This document shows, one piece after another, positions 28,101 to 38,500 of a stretch of DNA of 64,000 nt. Below the pieces are notes generated by a model. It searched no databases and was not told where the DNA came from. It worked only from the letters and a program-made list of their open reading frames with translations. Each line of letters opens with the position of its first letter. Position 1 is the first letter of the stretch. Location: NCBI RefSeq assembly GCF_036321535.1, contig NC_087436.1, positions 84,384,001 to 84,448,000 of the forward strand. The letters are read 5' to 3'. The position numbers and the translations under genes are program-made. This stretch comes from Camelus dromedarius (Eukaryota).

Positions 28101-31100
28101 ATTTATTTTTAATGGACATACTGGGGAATGAGCCCAGGACCTCGTGCATGCTAGGCATGCACTCTACCATGAAATGGGTTTCTTGATTTCCAGTTAATGT
28201 GCAAGAGGAGACACCTCCACTCACTGAAGTTAGACCATTTGGAAGCCCTTCTGTTTTTCTAATCATGCTTTCTTACCCCCTACCCTTCATCTCCTCTCCT
28301 CACTCAGTTACAGAAAACCATGAGAAGAGAACCTAATTTTGATGCAGGTCATGAGACGGAAAAAGTCGACCCTAGTCATTAGAAAGAATGATTTAGACGA
28401 AGATCAGAGATAATAGGAGTTTAGGAACTTGACATAAAATTTCCAAAAGGAGAAATTACCCCTCATGCTCCCAGAGTATTGACTCATTCTCAGAATGTTT
28501 TAGTGCCCATGTGCCAGGTACTAGGGATGTACCAATAAATAAGACCCAGTTCCTGCTCTTAAGTGACCTGAGTCTGAGGGAAGCTGAAATTTAACAAGAT
28601 ATCATAGCAAGTATAACGTGAGAAGTACACAGACTTTGGGATCACAGGTTCATAGCAGGACCACTTAACCTAACCTCTGATGTCTAGACATCAGAGAAGG
28701 AAGTCTAGAACTAAGTGAGGATTAGGTTGAGATGTGAAGAATGATCAAAATTTAGCCAGAAGAGGGAAAGGGGTAGGTACTGGTGGTGAAAAAAGACCAT
28801 GGGGTTAAAGAGTACATGACAGAACTTCAGTATGTGTGGAGCACTGTGTATGTGTATACACTGTGTTGGGAAGGGAAGGGAGGGCAGGGGCACCAGCTAA
28901 GGAGAAGAAAGGAAGGCCAGGAGATAACACTGAAGGACTGGGCAGGGGTCATATCACCAGTTAGTGAAGGTAACCATTAAACACAAGTTACAATTCAGTT
29001 TGATAGTTGCCACTGCAGGGTACCTTATTTACAGGATAAATCCCCATCCCCCTTGACTCACTGACACTGTTTTGAAGGTCCTTCAAAGATACAGGCTTGG
29101 CTTAGTGCTCCAAACTAAGATTTCTCTATTCCCTTCCTAGAACCCCAACTTCGTAACTGAACCTCTATTTCCCCCTCCTGCTTAGGCTTCCCGACATGCT
29201 CTTCCCTGGGCCTGGGGCACTGTTTCCTTCCCTTCCATTTCACTACTCATCCTTCAGGTCTCATAAGCCGCCACGTTAAGACCTAAGTTTAGACTTTATC
29301 ATAATAACAAGCTTTTAAGCATGTCAATAAAATGACAGGTTTCTATATTAGAAAGATCATTATAGCTACTTTGTGGAGAATGAAATGAGGAAAAGGTGAA
29401 GTGGAAGAAAACTAGAGACTGTGAGGACAGTTAGGCTGCTGTGGCAGCAATCCAGGCAAGAAATATCCTGGTCTAAGGAAAAAGCAGTGAAATAGGACAA
29501 GATACTTAAAAGGTAAAAGTTTTCATAACAGTTGATTCAATATGGTGGACTGGGGAAGGGAAAGTCAAGGATGTTGCCTAGGTCAGATGAAAGGAAAAAG
29601 AAAGTTTGTACCAACGGCCCCTCCCTCCCAGTTTAGCTGATAGGTATTTATTACCTAGTCATTAAAGAGGGCAGGAATTTCAACTAATGGACAGAAATAA
29701 CATAAGATAATATCATAGGAGACATATGCTACAAGTGCCAAAATGCCTGCTACAAAATTACAGATGAATTCAGAAGAGATCTATGAGAACTGAGAAAATT
29801 CATGGAACTGAAATTTACAAGTACTTTTCAGTACTTAATTTCCCCACGTAAGAGTTAAGAACATCTAGGGCTGTGCTGTCCAATATGGTAGCCACTAGCC
29901 ACATGTGACCATGAAATACTTGAAATGTGGCTACTCCAAACTGAGATGTAAGTTAAGTCACAACACACAATGGATTTCAATGTGAAGAAAAAGCCTGCAA
30001 AAATCACAAATTTTTTTATAGTGATTACATGTTGAAATACTATTTTGGATACACTGGGTTAAATAAAATAACATTGAAATTCATTTCACCTGTTTCTTTT
30101 TACATTTTAAAATGTGGCTACTAGAAAACACAGTTACATATAGTGTCACATTATATTCCTACTAGACAGCATTGTTCTAGAAGAAACAGCATAAAGAAAC
30201 ATAGAAGAGTAAACATGGTTAATTAACCTGACTGGAAGGTAGGCTTAGGTAGGATTCACAAGAGAGAAAAATCAAAGTTAGAGTTGAAGAGGTAGAAAGC
30301 AGTACACAGGATGTGAATGAAAGATTCTTCAGACTGGATTTTAATAACTTTTGAGTTGCCAGCGAACATTTTTGGGCAAGGAATTGCTACTGAGAAACCA
30401 TAAACGTGACAGTTCTGAAAAATTAGCCTGCCCCAAAAATTTTACATGGAAGGAATGGAAGAGCAAAGATTTTAGAGGTCTACAAGTTTAGGGGTACGGC
30501 AAAGAAAATTCTGGTCTAACGTCTTGACTTTATGGAGCTGTTACTTATCATCAGGATCTTTTTATTTAGTCTATAGTTTTCTACCTAAATTCAATTTTTC
30601 TATGTGGAAGAGAATGTACTGACCAGCCAACACAAGGAATTTGGTTCACCATAAATTTTAAAATAGGGTATTGGGGGGAAAAAACCCAACTTTTTTCAGC
30701 AAAAATACCACAAGCGACCTCTCCCGCGGATCCTAATCACTCGTGGACAAAAATGATTATTTAAATATGTGATATGATAAATACAAAGTGAAGCAAGAAC
30801 ACATTTTTGCCTAGTAGTTTTGAAACTCTCTAAAGCCATCACTGGCATCAAAAGACTGAAAAACACACACAAAATTTTGACAGAAAATAGCAAAGTTTTC
30901 AGAAGAGTCAATTATTAACTTTCTAGGATAGTAGGTTATTATTAACGTAACGGGAAAAAGCAAGACTTTGGTTTGAAGAGTAAACACCAGAAGTTCCTGT
31001 GATTGTTTTGCAATATCTATTGATTGCAAATGCGATTTCCAGGCACCTCTCCAACCCCTGGACATTTCTCGTTCTAATTACCCTTTGCTCCTTTTCCCCA

Positions 31101-31380
31101 TCCCAAAGGCAGTTTAGGGTGTTTCGGAAAGTTCGGATGCCCGAGAGCGCTTTGTTTCCAACGCACGGCTCAGCAACGCCTGGGGCACTTGCCCGCCCGC
31201 CCAGCAGCCTAGAAGGGCGGGGTGCAGGGAAACCGGGGAAGGCCGCCGTCGGGGCAGCAGAGCGCGCACGTGTCCACGTCTAGCCCGCGAACTCAAGGCT
31301 GCGGGAGGGAAGACCGTGGAGGGCAGGGAGTCCCCGGCGGACTCCGGGGGACGCCTCTACTCACCCTGAGCGGTCGCCAT
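13197..31380 (-). CDS. PAICS: Bifunctional phosphoribosylaminoimidazole carboxylase / SAICAR synthetase, complete, 425 aa
   Basis: Nine coding exons: 31380-31365 (MATAQ), 27525-27328 ([17 protein letters not shown]...), 22721-22543, 21173-20994, 20894-20781, 19918-19835, 18861-18681 (...[14 protein letters not shown]...[10 protein letters not shown]), 17455-17297 ([21 protein letters not shown]...), 13363-13197 (...[11 protein letters not shown]). They sum to 1278 nt = 425 codons + stop. All introns are GT-AG. Confidence 0.98.
14740..17270 (+). mobile_element. Degenerate ancient L1 segments (5'/ORF1-like and L1MC-like 3' part) in PAICS intron 8
   Basis: A-rich strand with ORF1-like remnants (GAAAATTTCCCAGGACTAAAGA, CTGGAAGCTAGAAGACAGTGGAG) and an L1MC-like 3' end (GGGTAATGGGTACATGAGATTTCATTG). 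Boundaries are approximate. Confidence 0.55.
21698..21828 (-). mobile_element. tRNA-derived SINE (camelid vic-1-like)
   Basis: Reverse complement has TAGCTCAGTGGTAGAGCA (A box), GAGTTCAATCCC (B box) and an AT-rich tail. Flanked by a CTTTTATGGATTCTTT duplication. Confidence 0.85.
21842..22015 (-). mobile_element. L1 3'-end fragment
   Basis: Poly(T) followed by AATTGAAGTATAGTT...GGTGTACAGCA...TATAGGTTACTACAAGATATTGAATA, homologous in reverse to 52300-52665. Confidence 0.75.
23445..23975 (+). mobile_element. Old L1 (L1MB-like) 3' fragment
   Basis: CCATATGACCCAGCAATTCCACTTCTAGGTATATA...GTTCACAGCAGCATCATTCATAATAGCCAAAA...GTAAATTTTATG. Confidence 0.8.
28066..28169 (-). mobile_element. tRNA-derived SINE, 5'-truncated copy
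   Basis: GGTAGAGTGCATGCCTAGCATGCACGAGGTCCTGGG plus a (TAAA)n tail on the - strand. Confidence 0.8.
29866..30180. mobile_element. MER33/MER3-like hAT-Charlie MITE
   Basis: GCTGTCCAATATGGTAGCCACTAGCCACATGTG ... AATGTGGCTACTAGAAAA ... CTAGACAGCA, with imperfect inverted ends. Confidence 0.7.
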
Positions 31381-32560
31381 TGTCCGGAGTGGGCTGGGGG
31401 CGGCGGCCGCGCTCGGAACAGAGGCGGGACTCTGGAAAAGAGGAGTGATCAGAGAGGCTCACGGGGCGGGGAAGGGAGGTGCGGCCCACAGACACGCCCC
31501 CGGCGGGCTGCGTGACCCAGAGCGCCCCCTCGCAGCCTCGTTGAGCACCACCTCAGCGACGGAACCGCGGGGGTCTCTGCGGACCTTGAGGAACTTCGAC
31601 TCAAGGAGCAAGCGACTCGCCCGAGGCTTCCCGCCGCGCAGGCGCAGCGACGCGGACCGTGCCCCTCCCCGCGCGGGCGCTGTTCCAGCAGAAAGGAAAA
31701 GTGGCGCGCACTGGCGGCCCCTCCCCACCCTGCGGCAGCTCGCTGACCAGCCCCCTCCTCTGCAACGAGAGCGGTTCATAGGTTGGAGTATACCAAGTAG
31801 TGACGGCTGGGGGAAAGTATGTGCGGAGGGGACATACAAAGTTCACATCCTCTGGGAGAGAAATGACTTTAACTCCTGTAGTCTCATCACCCAGTCTTGG
31901 GTGCTGGAATATAACGAAGATTTCCACGTGCAGAAAAATTAGCTGCCCGCAGGGACAGGTGGAGGCCTAGCTCCACCCCCACAGAACCTTGACCCCGCCC
32001 CTCAGCCGCGGAGCCTCTCCCTGCATCCTTGCTCATTGGTGGGCTCGCGGGGGCGGGGCAGGGGGCGGGGGGCGAGCTAATCGCGCTTACTTCGGGAAAG
32101 CAAGCGCCGCCGCAGTCGCGGGGGTCCTACCGCCGTAGAGGGAGCGGCTGCAGCTGGCGCAAGTGTCTGAGGCTTACAGGCCGAGAGGGCAGCTGGTTGG
32201 TGCTTAGACCCCTGCCGCCGCGGCGGGTCCCTCCACGTGCTTTCGGCGGCGACATGGAGCTGGAAGAGTCGGGGATCCGAGAGGAATGTGGCGTGTTCGG
32301 GTGCATCGCCTCAGGAGAGTGGCCCACGCAGCTGGATGTACCGCATGTGATCACTCTGGGACTCGTGGGGCTGCAGCACCGGTGAGCAGCTGGGCGAGGG
32401 GTGGGGATGGCGGCACGTGTGCTTCTCTGCCTGAGCCGCTTCCCGCGGCCCGAGTTGGTGATCTCGCGGATGCCTGAGGACCGGAGGCCGGACCTCTCTT
32501 TCTTTCCTGGACCGGCATCTGTTTGTGGCATCCACCAGGTTGTCAAGGCTTGCGCGGGTG
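31130..32560. promoter_or_regulatory. Bidirectional CpG-island promoter shared by PAICS and PPAT
   Basis: Head-to-head ATGs at 31380(-) and 32254(+) in CpG-rich DNA. GC boxes (~31994, ~32050), an inverted CCAAT (32035-32039), an NRF1-like GCGCAGGCGCA (31636-31646) and four CACGTG E-boxes (31267, 31925, 32234, 32414). The divergent PPAT/PAICS arrangement is established in vertebrates. Confidence 0.92.
31381..31431 (-). other. In-frame 17-codon extension of PAICS exon 1 behind an internal splice acceptor (putative fusion linker)
   Basis: ctctctgatcactcctcttttccag|AGT CCC GCC...CGG ACA ATG: branch-point-like CTGAT, pyrimidine tract and CAG, then 51 nt without a stop (SPASVPSAAAAPSPLRT) to the PAICS ATG. 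Confidence 0.7.
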
Positions 32561-35500
32561 CTTCCTTGTCCCCCTAGACTTCACTGGGTTTCCCGCAACC
32601 CTTAATGCTCTTTAAGGGCTCTCCCCTCTCCTCCAGGGTTGCGTACCCTTCTTGGGTCTAACCAGTTTGTAAGGCTTCTGTTCGCTTGGGCTAGTCCGAT
32701 TGGGTTCCTCCCCGGCTGCTTGCGGGTTTTAATTTCCCAGAGCCTGGAGATGCTGTTGTGATAGGATTGTGTGGAGTGACTGCTGGTCCGGGACCTACAG
32801 GACGCTCAGGTTTCGCGCGGAGCCTCCAACCACCACAAGCTTTTGTTTGCCAGGGCAGAGCTATTGAGCAGATTGTGTATTTGAACGTTGTCGCAGCTAT
32901 GGGAACTTAGGTATTCGAACCCGGGGAAACAGGGTTAGTTGGTGTTCAAGAGGAACTACCCGCTACAGCTCTCATTTGAATTAACTGAGAACAATCCAAT
33001 CACAAGGAATAGTGCATGTGCAAAAGATTCATTGGTAAACGTTTTAGATAGTGAATAAAAAGGCTGGTAGTAAGAAAACGCCAAAATAACTTTCTTCTTT
33101 ACAAGAAAGAGAGGAGGGCAGTTCTTATATGGCAAGATACACATTGATTTTGAAAAACTCATAGATCCCTTTGAGTTAAAAAGTAACTTTGCTTCTGTAA
33201 TCTTTCCAATTCTTACTAACTATAGGTTGATATAAACACTCTGATTAAGGAATATAAACCTAGGTTTAACATTTATCAGTGAACGTATTACAAAATTTCT
33301 ATAAGGCAATATCTCAGCAACAACTTCTAGAACAGTTAAGAAACTTGGCAGTAACACTTAGCAGCAGTATGGGAGCGATAAGTATGCATTCCAAATGATT
33401 AGCTTTCCCTCACCAAACGTAAAATAGAAGTAGTGTTTTTGCTTAACTATTTATTTTTTAGCTAAATAACTCAAAAGTTCATCCTAAGCTCTCTTCTTTA
33501 AATTTGTGCATGAAGAAAAGGGATGATTTTTTGGGTTTTTTGGGTTTTTTTTTTAATGAATACAACTTTATTCCTAGTTACATACACTTTCCTACAGTTG
33601 CTTTTAAGTGAAAGAATTACAAGCTAAGGGCAATAAAATAAAATAAAAATGTGATTACTTTATGAATAGAGAAAATTAAATGGATTCTATCAGGCTGCTT
33701 ATTTGACCAAACAACTATTTGTTAAACTGTGGTATTGAAAATTGACCTTGTGATATTTTCAGTAACAACGGCAAGAAATCGGTAGCTTTGGGGGAACAAA
33801 GGTATTAATGGAAAACAGATTTTCCTTGTGTAGACATAGAATCATTAAGGTTCACTGAGAGGTCTGGTTCTTGCTCATAATCTTTTCCAGTTCAAAACTG
33901 TAAAATTAGCAAAAGTCCTCTCCCTTTAGGGGAACAGATTCTGATTCTAAGAACGTTAAACTTCCTTATGTCTGGAAGATAAAATCTTCTGCTACTCTAA
34001 ACCGGTAGGTAGGGATCAAAGATTAAGAAGTAATGTTTTTATATGGCATTGAATGAAGGACGGTCAAAACTGGAAGCCTAGATAGGTTGTCATAACTTAA
34101 TATAGTTATATACAGTGTACTGTCCAGTGGTGGTCCTTTGCAGAAGACTCTTTACCACCTTAACCCAATCCACTCAATGGTTAGTTTTAAAACAAGATTC
34201 TGTTGATTTCCCCTCCCTTTTTGATGAAAGAATTTATCACTTATACATTATCTTCCTAAACATGGGATCTAGAAGATGAAATTTCTGTCACTTTTGCATT
34301 GTATTTGGTTCTGTCTTTATCTTAGCCATAATCTGACCTAAACAAATTTAGTCTTAGGGATAACAGAGTAGCTGAAAATTGTAATATGTATTTTATATAT
34401 GAAAGCAAATGGAGTATCAGTTGCTATACAGTCATGCACTGGACAATTAATACAGATGGGCTCACCCAGAAGTACTTCTTTTTAGTAGTCTGGCTATTTG
34501 CAAGTTTATTCCATAGCTCTACTTACTGTCAGGAGGAATTTTCAGTTTTAAACTAACTAGTTGTTGTATTCAGCTGTGAGCTGTGTGTGCAGGCTTGTTC
34601 ACACCAGATTCATATAATCACCAAGTGGTTTTTCTGTTCAGAAAACATTAGTTCATTGGTTTGCAGGATTCTGGACAAACCACACCACCCACCTTCCCTA
34701 GATCAGAAATCTTCATCTTTAAACCACAGTGACATTTTATGGAGACTAGAATGACATGGACGTATTTGAAGACTCCCTAAAAGGAATTACTAAAATTTCA
34801 TAGATTTATCCCATGAACCAACTAGTTAGCCTTTCCTTGGTTAGTTAGGAGATGAAAATGTCCTTCAGTGTATTATCACTTCCTTGGGTGAGGAACTGAA
34901 CCCTACAACTAACTGATAACCATTTTCATACCTCTTTTAAAAATTTATGAGATTTACCTGATGAAGTCGGGTCATGTAGGGGGTTTCCTGTCTGCAAAAA
35001 CATCCTGTAGAATCTTTTGGTTCTGTTGTTCTTTGAGGAAACCGATTTGCAGTGATCTCAGGAGCAGTTTTCTTGGGAGATACAGACTCTGGTTCTGCAA
35101 ACAGAGTATATAAAATTATCACAGGAAAGCAGTTGTGAGACTCACCAACCTATGGAATTAGTTCCCAGTGATCTTCATTTAGTTTGTTAGAGAACACATG
35201 AGTAGCTTATCAGAGAACTTGCTTTGAGTTGCTAAATTAAGGCTGGGGTTAACTTTTTGGACTTTTATCTCTTAGAAATAATGACCAAACATGTTACATT
35301 CCTATAGTGTTTTGCATTCCCTTGGTTGGAAAAGTGACTTATCCCCAAGAGTCTCAAAGTACTCCTGCTTTGTCATTCTGGTCAGCACTGGGAACAGCTC
35401 TTTCACATAGGACTTGAAATCTAGTGCCAAGATTCCTAGTAACATCAGTTTGATCTTGGGGAAGTCTTCTAATTTCTGAGTCTGTTTTCTCACCTGCTGG

Positions 35501-38500
35501 GCTAGACATATATTTAAAGGTCCAGTGCACAGAGTCAGTGGATTGGGAGTGATCATTTTTGTGATTAATCTGTAGCAATTTCCCTTTGCAGTGGCATAGA
35601 TAATAAAGAGCATTAAGACAAAGCAAAGATGGGGCAACTCATTTGTAATTAGTGTCCAAAAATGGAGAAAATTTTTCAGCTCACTTGAGATATAAGGGTT
35701 GTCAGATAGGGTTGAGGGGCAGTGGATTCCTGCTATTCTCTAATACTTAACTCAAAAAAGATTTGTTGAGCTCCTGCTGTGTATGTGCAAGGTGCCGTGG
35801 TAGACACTAGGAATTCTGTACCACACAGGGCTGATGTGGTCCCTGCCTATCACAGAGAGGCACTGAAGCAACTGTTTTGACAGCATAGACTTCTTAATGC
35901 CTCCATTTCCTCCTTTTTAAACTGAGGATAATGACAGCACGTATCTCATAGAGTTGTGGTGGAGATTAAATGCATTAATATATGTAAAGTGCTTAAAACA
36001 GTAGCTGAATATATGCATACCCCATGACCCAGCATCCCTCTCCTGGGTGTCTACTCAACAAAGATGCATACATATGTTTATTGGAAGACATGCACAGGAA
36101 TTTTTATAGCAGCATTATTCATCGTGGCCCCAATCTGGAAGCATGGGAAATGTCCAGCAGTGGAGTGGATAAAGGATGTACGTTCCTATAATGGAATATT
36201 CTACAGCAATAAAAAAGAATGAACTCCTTCTACAAGTAAAATCATGGATGAATCTTACAATGCTATGTGAAAGAATCTTGACATTAAAAAGTACATACTA
36301 AAGAAAAAAACATTGTATGATTCTAAAGCTAATCTGTGGTGACAGAAGTCAGAATATGGATAACCTTTATGGGGGCCAGAAGGATGATTAATGACTGGGA
36401 GGCCTCGAGGGTGCTGGTTATGTTTCAGTTCTTGAGTTGAGTGGTGGTTACACAGGTGTCTTCACTTTGTAAAAGTTGAGCTCTTCAACTATTGATGTGA
36501 ATACAAAACAATTCGATAAATTATATTATAGATCTATAAAATGCTAAAGTTGGATTATCTTAGAGGTCCAGAGAGATGCAGTCAAGATGCTGCGTGTTGA
36601 GTTTTTTGGGTCAGTGAGAGACTAGAACTCAGGTTTTCTGATTACTGAGTTGAGTGCTTTTTCTTATATTCTACATTTTTCTTTATGCTACATTATATTA
36701 CCTTTTCTGATGCTTATAATGGGTCAGTTGAGAATTTCAGCTCACATAATTAGTTGGCTTCTGAGTTTGGCTTATTTCTAGAATTATTAAAATGTTACAC
36801 CCATTGCTAACTACCTTTGGAGAAAACCAAATTCAGAACTTACTAGCTTGTGGGGATTTTTCCTTTTACATCCTAGTCTTCTGATAGCAGTCTCTGAAAA
36901 GTGTAATTTAAAGGCTCATGATAAATGGATAGTTGTGCAGAAATTTCTGATCTGGGAAAGTTTCCATTTACTTTGTTACTTTTCAATCTTAATGAACTAG
37001 GGAAGAAATCATTTTTCAGCATTTTTGGCTTTCACACAGCTCATAAACAGTAAAGTCTAATTTGTCAAGGACAGCAATAAACGTCTCTGTTATCAGGAAA
37101 AAGCTACAGAAATTTTTCTCAATATGGAAAAACTTGGCATTTCTCAGACTCTTACCATCTTCATGTGCTTTTCTTTTGATGCTCAAAGTTCTTGAGTTTT
37201 TGGTATGACCTTCAAATAATTCTTAAATAAAAGAACATAGGAATCATTATATGACATCATCTAAAATACATTAGTCTTCGAGCATTCAAGTACACTAAAG
37301 TTAGAACACTTAAGCAATTGGACAGATGAAAAATGAGTTTAAGAGTTAGGAATATTTTGGTACAAGGTTTGAAAAGAAATTGAAATTCTTGATTGTATTA
37401 GCTATGTGATTTATAATAATTTGGGGGATCATTTGAACATAAAATAGTGTTAGGAATTTATTATTGAAGAATTTCTTGCTAAGTTAAATGCAAAGAGAGA
37501 AGTTCATAGAATTTTTATTTAAAAAGGTTAATTCCAGAGTTACCGTGTTTCCATTTGGTAGTTCTGAGAGATGATCGTCTTAGGAGGCCATCAACTTCTT
37601 CATAAAATCTCATTTTTCCTTGAGGGTTGCCGTTTTTCTTTTGTAAAACTCTGTACTCATATTTTAAATTTTTGTATTTGGTACGACATTGTTTCCAGTC
37701 TCTGTCTATTCCAAACTGCATTAATCTTCTGGCAATTTCCTCAAATATTTGTCTGTTTCTTGTGGCCCCTTCAAGCATTTGCTTAATTTTTTCATCAGAC
37801 CATATGTGTATGAGTGCTCTGACCTCATTGTCACACCAGTGTCTTCCAGCCTCTGTGTCACTCACTGTTATAATCTGTAAACGACTTTTAGCATCTTCTA
37901 AAGGAATATGACTACCTGTAAACCAATGTTATTTACAATTATTCAGATTTAGAGATACATCTTAGAGATTATTTAGACTTAGAAATGCATCTTAGAGGTA
38001 TTTGAACATCATTCATTAAAACAACCTGAACTGACGTAAAGCACTGAGAATTACAATCATTTCAATATGAGGGTCAAATTTTTTCCCATACATTCATATT
38101 CAAATAAAATAAATATGTATTTAAACTGTAAGGCAGACTAGTCCCCAGTATTAGTGGGAATAGTTTAGCTGCTTTTTATTAATATGTACTCTGCACTGGA
38201 TATTTATGAATACAGAGTCTTGGTATTTACTAAATTTTTTTTTTTTTTATAAGAAATAGAAATAGACAGTTTCTTTCCTCCCCTACCACATTCTCTACCA
38301 ACTCAGGTATAATGAGGCATTTGGGATAATACATAATAGAGATCTTTCCTATAACTATTTATACTGGTGTATGTTAGACTTTAAACATCACCAGAGCATT
38401 AAAAATAGAACAATTTAGACCCGTTACCTGACCCAGTGATACTCTGTGGTGCTATGGGGCCGCCTGCCTCTTCTGAGGCAGTACTTACAGTGTCTTCCTC

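Noticed and set aside
31114..32546. Many long overlapping ORFs in the PAICS/PPAT CpG island (e.g. 31445-31942, 31459-31839, 32127-32546)
   Set aside because: Stop-poor GC-rich sequence giving low-complexity R/G/P/A peptides. ORF 31459-31839 is in the PAICS frame but ends at TGA 31459-31461, so it cannot extend PAICS without splicing.
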